A stretch of 64,000 bases of DNA from Camelus ferus (Eukaryota), in contig NC_045697.1 of NCBI RefSeq assembly GCF_009834535.1, positions 28,336,001 to 28,400,000 on the forward strand, in the 5' to 3' direction. Shown here piece after piece: positions 39,935 to 50,908 of this stretch (the stretch's first letter is position 1; every line of letters starts with the position of its first letter). The position numbers were made by a program, and so were the translations under genes. The notes beneath the pieces were generated by a model, which was not told where the DNA came from, made no database searches, and saw nothing but the letters and a program-made list of their open reading frames with translations.

Positions 39935-41162
39935 TCTGACTAGTTCTTGAATCTGTCTCTTTCTCTCCATCTAAATTGCTACTACCTTTGTTCAAGATGC
40001 ATGATTTTTCACTCGGATTAACAGAAGAGCCTCTTAACCAGTCTCCCTGGCTCCATCCAGAATTACTCATTCCCTGCCAGAGTGACCCTCCTAGAACACA
40101 GATCTGCTCCTGGCACTCTCCTGTGGCAGAGAAGGCTAGATAACACCAAAATGTATGCTCTTCCTTCTATAGCATTGTGGATGGATTAGAAAATAGAGCG
40201 ACTGCCCAACCCACCTTGCATCTAGATGTGCCACAGGGATAGTTTTCCCCAGTGGAATGTGTTTAGAAATTATGTACATTACTTCCAGGCCAAAGTTTTC
40301 CACCTTAACCTGCCGAGTGCTGGGGGTGAGGACCCTGCAAGGCCTTAGGGGCAGCTGAACCACATATATAAGCAGCCCGGTTCTCTGAATCACTGTGGAG
40401 AAGAGCCACCTGACAACTGGAAACTCCTTCTTCAGACAAACATGTGACAAATGACCTTCTGTTTGGGCCTTGACTTTGTATTTTGGGGTCTATTTGTACA
40501 GTATTAACCTAATTTTCCCACTTGCTTAAAATATATCCAATGACTGCCTATTTCTTTCAAGGTAAAGCCCAAATTCCAGTAACATGGTTTATGAAGTTGT
40601 TTATGACCTGGTCCCTGCCAATCTCTGCAAATAGTTTCTTTCCATTCCCCTCTCACTCTTATGACCTGGGTGTCCTGAACCACTCACCAAACTTTTTCAT
40701 CTCTAGGACTTCAAATATGCTATTCCATCTACGTGGGATAGCCTCCCTCCCACCTTTCCTCTTCCTTCTGGCTGACATCTTGTCATTCTTCATTTTTTAG
40801 GACTCAACTAAGAGTTTTCAGGCATCTCTACTCCAGCCTTCCACCTACATTCCACCTTCCACCTACATGCATATGCACACACACACTCATATTGCTGGAT
40901 TATTTATCTCCCGTTATGTGTTTCTATAAAATTTGTGAATATTGTAATATTCTTGGTTTTAAATTCCAACCTCCAGCAAAATTCATGACCCATAGGAGAT
41001 ACTCAATTAAGATTTGTTGAAAGAATAGACGAATGATTAGATGATGAATTCTGGCCTCTTATATGTTGGTCTCAAAATCTTCATCTGTAGAATAAAGGGC
41101 AATACACCAGGGTTCCGGTTTCTCCGTTCCTCTCCATATCCTCACCAACACTAGTTATTTTC

Positions 41163-41165
<3 letters not shown>

Positions 41166-41210
<45 letters not shown>

Positions 41211-41224
41211 TGGTGGTGGTGGTG
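41166..41224. repeat. Compound microsatellite (TG)22 + (GGT)n
   Basis: Read directly from the sequence. Confidence 0.95.
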
Positions 41225-41429
41225 TTTGTTTGTTTTTTTAAATAGCCATCCTAATGGATGTGGAATTGTTATTTTTATCTACATATTCTGTGATTTAATC
41301 AGCCTAATAAACTTGCCTTGGCAATTATCCATTTCCTTTGTTTCCTCATATGAAAGCTGAAATAGTTTAATGATAAATCATGGTCGGTAGGAAATAGTAC
41401 ACATTTCAAAACATAGCCTTTGCCAATAA

Positions 41430-42340
41430 ACTTTTTTAAATTAATAGACTTTTCTTGAGCAATTATAGTTACAGAGTTCCCACATACTCCTTTACTCCCA
41501 CTCCCCAACATTTCACCTATTTTTAACAGCTTGCATTTGTGCGGTACATTTATTACCATTGATAAGCCAATATTGATACATTATTATTAACTAAAGTTCA
41601 TAGTTTACACTAGGGTTCTCTCTTTGTATTGTACATACTATGGGTTTGGATAAAAATGGATCCACTGATAGAGTATCCTATAGAATAACAGTTTAACTGC
41701 CCTAAAAATACCTTGTGGTCCACCTACTCAACCCTTCCTCTTATCAGAACCTGGCAACCACTGATCTTTTTACAGTTTCCTTTTTACCGTTTCCAGAATA
41801 TTAAATAGTTTGAATCATACAGTATGTAGCCTTTTCAGATTGGCTTCTTTCACTTAGTAATATGCTGTTAAGATTCCTTTTCCTAGCTTGATAGCTCATT
41901 TCTTCTCATCGCTGAATAGTATTCCATTGGATGGATGCACCACAGTTTTGTCTATTCATTCACCTAGTAAAGGACATATTGGTTGCTTCCAAGTTTTGGC
42001 AATTGTGGGTAAAGCTTCCATAAACATTCATGTGTAGGTTTTTCTGTGGGCACCAGTTTTTAACTCATTTGGGGAAATACCAAGGAGTTTGATTGCTGAA
42101 TAGTAAAATAAGAATGTTTTTTAATAAGTTTATAAGCAGTTTTGTAAGAAACTTCCAAACTGTCTTCCAAAGTGTCTGTACCTTTTTGCATTCCTACCGA
42201 AAATAAAGAAGAGTTCCTGTTGTTCAGCAACCTTGACAGCATTAGGTGTCATCAGTGTTTTGGATATTGACCATTCTATCAGGTATGTAACAATATCTTA
42301 TTGTTTTAATTTGCAATTCCCTAATGACATATGATATCAT
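41430..42340 (-). mobile_element. L1MC-type 3' end, reverse orientation
   Basis: cagattggcttctttcacttagtaatatg...ggttgcttccaagttttggcaatt...aacttccaaactgtcttccaaagtg. Confidence 0.75.
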
Positions 42341-43870
42341 TAAAAGTAAAAATATTAAATTAAATATGTAAAATAAAGAAAATAACTATAATCTGTGATT
42401 CACCATCCAAACACAATGTGGTAAAATGTGGGTATTTTCTTATAATTCTATGTATCGGTTATAGCTTTTATTACATCATTATAATCATACTGATTACTCA
42501 ATTTATTGTCTGGAATTTTTTCAGTTAGTTTTTTATCCTTAACATTTTAATGTTACTACATATTCTTTGAAAATGTTAATGACTCTACCACATTTCATCA
42601 AATGGATATTTCATGCCTTAGGTAATTATTCCCCTATGAATAAAGTTTTAAATTATTTCTAATTTCCCTCTGTCATAAATAATACAGCTATACAAATATT
42701 TGTACATACAGCATTTTATATATTTGGAATTAATTTATTATGAAACATGTCTGAAATTATTAGATTAAAAGGCATGGAAAAAATGTATAGTTCATGATAT
42801 ATTGAAAATTTTTTTTCCATGAGTATTGTACAAATTCATATTCTAATTAGCAATGTCTTAACAATCTCATTAACATTGATTTTCATCACTCATTTTTATT
42901 TCTGCTGATTTTGTAAGGGACAAAATTGTATGGTTATTTTATATGTGTTTTTCATTAGCTATAGAGTTACATTTCCTCTTTTGTATATTTTTTTATTCAT
43001 GTTGTTTATCCATGTACTTGATTTAGAGTATTTTTATTATTGATTTGCATGAATTACTTTTATAATAACAAGTTGGCCTTTTGCCTTCATGTTATGGCCA
43101 AAAATTTTTACAAGTTTGTTATTTGCCTTTAAGTTTTTAATTTTTTCAGAAATTATAATTATAAATCATTTATATATGATTATATAAACTATATACTTAT
43201 ATAGTTCATATTTACTTCTGTTTTCTTCTGGATTTCTGTGGCTATATATATTTTTTAACTGTGGTAAAATATACATACCATAAAAATTATCATCTTCATT
43301 TCTGTGGCTATATATTTTTGAAATAAATATATTTGTGAGGTGTAAATTACTACGTTAAAATTTTTTACTTTAAGTAATTATTTCATAATATATACATATA
43401 GCAAGTCATTATATTGTACACCTTAAACTAAACAATGTTGTATGTCAGTTATATCTCAATAAACCTGGAAAAATTTTACTTTAAAATAGGGAATTAATTA
43501 TATCAACTCCATTCATTCAACAGACAATGATTAAGCATTTACTCTGATAAGTGACGATAAAAATTTAGATAAGAGGTATTCTTCCAGTCTAGTAGGGGAG
43601 ACAATTCCTGGATTATGTGATAAATGTTGTGATAGAGGTTAAACATCCGTATGCCATAGGCACATTTATTTCTTCAGCATATACTTTAGTGACTACTAGG
43701 CTGCAGGTATTCAATAGGGAACCAAACAGTAATGGCCCCTGTTTTTAAGCAAGAGAGAGATTACAGTCAAAAGATACAGATAAATTTATTGTGAGATAAG
43801 TGTCATAATAGAGAAAGCACAGGCTGCCATGGGACCACAGAGGAGATCCATCTAAATCAAATCAAATTGG

Positions 43871-44370
43871 CTTTTTTCCCTCCCTGGCTGCCTGAGGATC
43901 AACCTGTAACTGTCATGAACAACACTGTAACTGTCTGGACCAGGAAGTTCATGACCAAACAACTACTTTAGCAGAAGCAAACAGTCATGGATGTCCTTCA
44001 CCCTGGGAAGACAACAGTACCCAAGACAGAAATTTGAGAAAAACTAGTCAAAATGTACAAAACCACACCAGACGTCATCTTTGTATTTGGATTCAAAACC
44101 CATTTTGGCAAGATTTACAATTCCTTAGATTACAACCCCCAAAATGAATCCAGATATAGATTTGCAAGATGTGGCCTGTATGAGAAGAAACATACCTCAG
44201 GAAAACAGCAGAAGGAATGAAGAACAGATGAAGATAAGTCAGCAACATTGAGCTGGAGATTGGACAACAGATGGAGTAAAGATTCTGCAGTGACTTTTTC
44301 TGCAGCGATTATGCAGATTTTTCATGAGAGAATTAATAAACTAAAACCTTTTTAAAAATCTAAATTAAAA
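43871..44370 (+). pseudogene. RPS24: RPS24 processed pseudogene
   Basis: Pyrimidine-rich 5' end, ATG at 43915, [76 protein letters not shown]. Stops at 43969 and 44035, internal deletions, no introns, AATAAA at 44335-44340, A-rich tail. Confidence 0.93.
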
Positions 44371-44689
44371 AATAAAGGCAAACTGGGGAGTCAGAAGGAC
44401 TTTCCAGAGGAGGTACAGAAGCTCTGAGGAGCAGGTAGATATGAGCTAGTTGAAGAGGGGAGAACACATCCTATGCAGAGAGCACATGTACCAAAGCACA
44501 GGGACGAGAGCAGTCAATGTGTCCAGTTTATTAAAAGTTGTTTGTATGGCTGCAGGGAAGGAAGCTACATGTGGTTAACTGATGAGAACTGAAGTTAAAA
44601 ATGTAGGCAGGACCAAAACATAGGATTTTATGCTAAATCTTAGCATCACTTCCTGAATAAGCATTACCTTTCACATAAAAATAAAAATA

Positions 44690-44905
44690 ATGTTTATTGA
44701 GCACTTACTATGTGTCAGTGTCTGTTCTAAGTGCTTTGCATGTATTAACTCATCTAATTGTCACAATAATCCATGCAGTTGATAGTATTATTATGCCTAA
44801 GAGGAAACTAAGCTGCAGAAGTTCAAAGAACTTGTCCCCAGTCACATAGCTGTATTAAACTAAGGCTGTCTAATCCTAGAGGCCAAACTACTAACCACTC
44901 TGCCT
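44690..44905 (-). mobile_element. MIR SINE
   Basis: tttattgagcacttactatgtgtcag...gaggaaactaagctgcagaagttc...acttgtccccagtcacatagc. Confidence 0.7.
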
Positions 44906-45024
44906 CTTATTAGTATGTGGTACTTCAAATATTTAAATTAAATTTTCTCAAGGTTATTTGGAGGCTACAGATTTTGTACAATATTTATATTTATTCTTAT
45001 TCCAGACAATGCTATGCTCTTTAA

Positions 45025-45026
<2 letters not shown>

Positions 45027-45063
<37 letters not shown>
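45027..45063. repeat. (TG)18 microsatellite
   Basis: Read directly from the sequence. Confidence 0.95.
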
Positions 45064-45065
<2 letters not shown>

Positions 45066-45699
45066 AATATTTTCGTATTTGAAGGTAGTCTACAGCTTCA
45101 CTATTTTCAGGTTTTTTGTTTTGTTTTGTTTTGTTTTTTGGTAATTATTGCCTGTTTATTCTTCAAGTGAAATTTCACAATAGTTTTATTGAAGTAAAAT
45201 TTGGAATTAGAGGACTTTGGTGAAAAGTACTTTAAATTGGAAAGTATTCAGTGTTTCCACCCAGAAAATGCTATATATTTTTCCATACTTCTTTTTTAAT
45301 TTATCAATACATTTTAATAATTTTCTTAAAATAGATTTAATTTAATAAGATTTTTCTTAGATGTGTTATAATTTTTGTGCAAGTGTAATACCTTACTGTT
45401 TTCTAATTCTTTATTATTGGCTTACAGGAATATTATTCATTTGTACATAGATTGTTTTTCCTGAAATGTGAAAATAAAATTATCACTTAAAAACTACAAA
45501 AATAGAAAAGGGTTATACTTTGTTCAACTACGTTCAAAATATTCAGAAAAACTTGGATCAATATGAAAGGCTACAAAGAAAATACAGCATTTTATTCATT
45601 GTTTATATATGTTTAAGTTACACATTCAAACTATTGTCACTGATGCATTTTCATGTAATTTTTCCAATAATAAGAGCGAAGGAAACGTGTTGGTAAGTG

Positions 45700-45841
45700 T
45701 AATAGAGCCACCTCCCTCAAATTACGTTGCTCTCCATGACCCATCCTAAGGCTCACAGTTCAAGCTAATCATTGACAGAGCTTTACAATCACAAGCTTTT
45801 TTACTGAAGCGTTGATAAGACAGTCGAGCAGTTAGTGGCAA
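45700..45841 (+). promoter_or_regulatory. KLB: KLB proximal promoter / 5'UTR with HNF1-like and GATA motifs
   Basis: Non-repetitive sequence directly upstream of the KLB ORF; GCTAATCATTGAC (45764-45776) versus HNF1 consensus GTTAATNATTAAC; TGATAA (45813-45818). No CpG island. Confidence 0.55.
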
Positions 45842-45865
45842 ATGAAGCCAGGCTGTGCGGCATGA
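45842..45865 (+). other. KLB: 7-codon uORF MKPGCAA* at the ATG annotated as the KLB start in human/mouse
   Basis: ATG AAG CCA GGC TGT GCG GCA TGA; in frame with the ATG at 45929 (87 nt upstream). The downstream [13 protein letters not shown] is still recognisable. Confidence 0.9.
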
Positions 45866-45928
45866 TCTCCAGGGAATGAATGGATTTTCTTCAGCACCGA
45901 TGAAAGAAACATACGCTATAGGAAAACA

Positions 45929-46666
45929 ATGTCCAGCGGGGGACTGCAAAGATCTGTCATCCTGTCAGCGTTTATTCTCCTACGAGCTGTTACTGGATTC
46001 TCTGGGGACGGAAGAGCTATATGGTCTAGAAATCCTAATTTTAGTCCGGTAAATGAAAGTCAGCTGTTTCTCTATGACACTTTTCCTAAAAACTTTTTCT
46101 GGGGCGTTGGGACTGGAGCTTTTCAAGTGGAAGGGAATTGGAAGACAGACGGGAAAGGACCCTCTATATGGGATCATTTCATCCATACACACCTTAAAAA
46201 TGTCAACAGCATGAATAGCTCCAGTGACAGTTACATTTTTCTGGAAAAAGACTTATCAGCCCTGGATTTTATAGGCGTTTCTTTTTATCAGTTTTCTATT
46301 TCCTGGCCAAGGCTTTTCCCCGATGGAATAGTATCTGTTGCCAATGCAAAAGGTCTCCAGTACTATAACGCTCTTCTCAATGCTCTAATACTTAGAAACG
46401 TGGAACCTATAGTTACTTTATACCATTGGGATTTGCCTTTGGCACTACAAGAAAAATATGGGGGGTGGAAAAATGAAACCATAATAGATATCTTCAATGA
46501 CTATGCCACATACTGTTTCCAGACATTTGGGAATCGTGTCAAATATTGGATTACAATTCACAATCCATATCTAGTTGCTTGGCATGGATATGGGACAGGT
46601 ATCCATGCCCCTGGAGAGAAGGGAAATTTAGCAGCTGTCTACACCGTGGGACACAACCTAATCAAG
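45929..46666 (+). CDS. KLB: KLB (beta-klotho) coding exon 1: signal peptide and start of the KL1 glycoside-hydrolase-1-like domain
   Basis: [28 protein letters not shown]...[18 protein letters not shown]...TLYHWDLP...WITIHNP...VGHNLIK, ending AAG|gtactg. HNP in place of the GH1 NEP motif is characteristic of klotho KL1. Confidence 0.96.
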
Positions 46667-49600
46667 GTACTGTATACCTGATTTCATATTATAGCTTCAG
46701 AATGTAAAGAGCAGGAGTTTAAAAGAAACTCTAAGTAAACTATCTTCCATTTAAATAATTCTTTTTATTGAAATAAATTTTAATCTAACTCGCAAGTTCT
46801 GTCCTCAAATTTCATACTTATAGTAGTATGTTTTATTTATCTAAACTATTATTAATGTATTAATCCAATTATTTTCCTTAAATATTGCACTTTTTAAATT
46901 ATTTAACTATTTTAAAATCTACAATTATACATCAGAGCATGAGACTATGAGTTTACTTTCATTCTATGGAAAACTAGTCCTTCTTTATAAATTTAATTAT
47001 TTAAACCCTTTTCTGACCACATTTCAGAATTTTATGTTAAAGCATGACCATTTCAAACATGTATTTGTTGTTACTATTGCTATTCTTAGTGAAATAAATA
47101 AATGTTAGCTAATTGATACATATTAAATATAGGAATTGAAATAAATGTGTTTCACAGTTGGTTTCATGTTACATGGCAAAAAAGATGAGATTAATTGTCC
47201 TAAGAGTTAAAATTAAATTAGTAATAAAAACTGGGAAGAATATGATCTACTAAGGGTTTTAAAACAGTATATTTCAAAAGCTAGAGTTTATGTTGGGAAA
47301 TGTTAAAATGATTGAAATAATAGTGAAAATGTAAGCAAAGTAATAGCTATTTTTTTATTTATTAAGTGATTACTATATACTACAGACTACACATAAGCAT
47401 TTTACATGCATAATTGTATTTAACCCTCATGATAACCTTATGAACTAGGTCTATTATTATCCTCATTTTAAAGATGAAGACACTGAAGCTTAGTGAGATT
47501 CAGTAACTTGCCCAAGGTTACAGAGTAAGGTGAGCTGTTGTGAACATGGAATTTATAAATGACAACATTGCTAAATGCTGATGTCTTTATTAAGAATGTT
47601 TTTAAAAGAGTACTCTTTCAGGAATTTTCAATAGATTTCATTGAGACTAACATCTAGAATCAGTTAAATAGTTTGCTTGGGAAAATAAATTACTCCGGAC
47701 ACCTGTTACATTTTGAAAATGAAAAAAGCTTTATTAGTAGGGTTTTGTAATGTGCTAGGAGAAGTAATCTGATTTTTTAATGATCAAATGTTAAATACAT
47801 AGAAATAGAAAAATGTATAGGAACATAAAATTACTCCATGTCTAAACTTGCACATACAGAAATATGTTAACCCTTCTTTTCTTTTTGAACTTTCAGTATT
47901 GTTATACATGTGCTTTGTACTAGGGTTCAGTCACATCTGCCCTTGCAGTTAACAGATTGCATTATGATCTCAAGGTCATTTACATACCTTTGAATACAGT
48001 TGTATATAGAACATATTATTAATGAGTGGATATATTGTGATTTGGCAAGTAGTCCTCAAAAGGGAGAAAACTTACAGCTATTAAATATGAAGATTATGCA
48101 TATATATTTTAGGAAAAAAATACTCTTATTTAGTTCTTTTAATTATTAAAACAATATATGCTCATGTAAATTGAGAAACATTAGATTGTATCAAAGGATA
48201 TAAGGTGAAAAGTTAAATTTCTCTCTCCTTCTCCACCTGACAATCCCAGCCTCAAGGATACTATTACTGTTAGTCATATCTTTTACAGACTTTTAAAGTT
48301 TTCTATGCACGTATATACATGCACGTATATGCTTATTTAACCTTTCTATAAAGAAAAATATTCTAAATTGTTGAAAAGTTTTTGTTACCTGAAAAAATGT
48401 TAACAATTAGAATTTTCATGAAGAATATGTTTTAGTGGTTAATTTAAAACCTTAAACTGGCTAGCTGATAAAAATACACAGGCAAAAGTTGTAACTAATA
48501 GATATTGCTTCCAAACTTATCCTATCAAATGTTCTATTCTCAGATGTTTTTCATTTTCCTCTAATTTGAGACAAACTGCCTTTAACACAAAATTAGCACT
48601 CTCTGATATAGTAAGATAAATTTTACTATTTTAAATTGAGGGATTTCGTTTTAAAATTATTATGTTTTCCAAATAATTTCTTCCATTCCTTTAAAATGTC
48701 TAAGTCACTCACCTACATAGGAGCGTAAGGGGGTCCCTTGTAATCAGTCAGAAAGTGAAATACGCTGCGTAACCCAGTGACTTATGGCACCAGAGAGAAA
48801 TCTTGCAATAGTTTGGCAGCCTGACGTGAACCAGATTTTCTCACTTGTCCCCTCTGTCCTTCCTTTAACATAGAAAATATTATTTGATACTTCATGTTGC
48901 AATAAAGTATTTCTTCCTTATTGTGTCCCCTTATAACCTAGAAGAAGCATTCTTTGGGATTAGCTTTTAGTCCAAGTGTGTTTACTGAGTTAAAAAAAAC
49001 CTAATATAAAATGAAATTCGTGGATATTGAAAAGATTTATAGTAGCCTTTAGGGTCTTTCTAGTTCCAGAATGACGTTGAAAACGCCATCTCAGCCCGAA
49101 ATGTCCTGATTTTGAGGAGACCTGAATGAGCTAGCCAGCCCTGAAACTGATCTGGAATTGAGATTCCACTTTATTGTGGGTCTGGTGATTATCTTAAAGC
49201 GAATCTAAGTCTCAGGTAAAAATTTGCCATAATCACACCTATTAATGGGTGTGCCACTCTGGATTTTTAAGAATCTTTGGAATAGAAAGAGGGTGCATTT
49301 TTTTTTTTTTGCCTGAACCATCTCTAAGCACTATAATCACAGCTTTAAATATTATCTATAATTTTTACAACAACGTTGCTGGGTAACTATTATTATCTCC
49401 GTTCACAGTGATACTTCTACCAAGTGTCGTCACTCCCTTGCATAAAATCCATTAGTGGCTTCACAAAGCTTTTGGGATGAAGTCCTGATTCTTCACCAAC
49501 ATCTTCAAGACACAACTCCTGGCCTCCATTCCCTCCTTCCTGGCCACTCTCCCATCTCCATTGCTAATGCCGACCCCTTTTACCCCACACTTCAAGGCAG

Positions 49601-50669
49601 TGCACTACTAGGAGAGCCTTAATTTTACCTTACTGTTCCTCTGCACTCAGCCTCCGCTAGTGCTCTGCCCAGCTAGAATGATCCTCTTCCTCCCTGCTTT
49701 ATCCATCTAATGTCCTTCAGGAGTCAATCTAGGCAGTCACCACCTCTAAGTTAGTCTTGCCTGGTTAGGGTTTGTGCCCCTTCTGAGGACTCCCATAATA
49801 AGATGCTTGCTTCTCTTATAGCACTCCTTTCACATGGTCCATCTCCCCCAACTGAGAGATCTTAACAAGGAGAAACTATTTTTAATATGTTTTATGTTTC
49901 TAGCACCTAACACGGAATATTAGGTACATGCTAGATATTAATGGTTGTGGAATGGGTGACTTAGGATTTCTATCTTAAACCTTGTAATCAAAGAACCAAC
50001 TTCAAATTGAAAATTCATATTTCGTTGCATTCTTGCTAACTCTTGAAATATTGCCCGTATTAATCCAGTGGTGTGTTCATTAGTCAGGACTCTTGGTTGC
50101 AAGTGACAGAAACGTACTTCAAGTTGGCTTAAGCAAAAATGAGCAATTTCCTGACTCAGTAACCAAGTCACAGGGATGAATGGACCCAGTAACCAGGACA
50201 GTCTCAGAAGCCCTTTATCTCGGTCTCTTACGTCCATTTCTTTTTGCAGCTTTGTGCCCTTTTTTTCCTTTGTAGAAGAAAGAGTTCTCTCTCCCAAGTT
50301 CAGTTTTTAAATTCCCAGAGACAGATTCTAACCTGTTTGGCCTATGCATTCATGCCTCCAATCAGCAAAGCCCCCAAGTGTTCGCATTACCAAAGACAGT
50401 GATGGTGTCTGTTTTCACTCCATTTCTAAATCAATAAATATGCATAATAATTTAAATTTATAGATCCCACACCCCCCCCTTAAAATGAAATATTTGAGAG
50501 CCTCTGAGGAAACATGCAGAGAAGCTGGGGGATATGAGTTTGCTCATAAGATGGTAACTCATTCAGTTTATTGCTCCACCAAATACTGCCAGCTTCCATG
50601 ATAGTTTTGAGCACTTCATGGCTTTAAATTGTTAAATTTCATAGATGTGTACTGTTTACATAGTACCAA

Positions 50670-50908
50670 GATTTCTCTACCTGGGCATATTGACATATTA
50701 GGCCAAATAATTCTTTCTTGTGGTGAGCTGTCCTGTGCACTGTAGGATGTTTAACAGCATCCCTGGCCTCTGCCCCCAGAGGACAGTAGCACCCTTGTCC
50801 CTAGGGTGACAACAACCAAAATTGTGTCCAGATATGGCCAGATGTCCTCCAGAGTGGTGGGGGTGGTGGGCAAAGTTCATCCCCCTTTCCTCCCTTGAAA
50901 ACCACTGA
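50670..50908 (+). mobile_element. MER20-like hAT-Charlie element
   Basis: gctgtcctgtgcactgtaggatgtttaacagcatccctggcctc...tgtccagatatggccagatgtcc...gaaaaccactg. Confidence 0.8.

Noticed and set aside
45863..45868. Selenocysteine or programmed readthrough at the KLB TGA
   Set aside because: The context is TGA-TCT, not the UGA-CUAG readthrough motif. The aligned residue is Gly rather than Cys, and the 3'UTR (SECIS) is outside the window.
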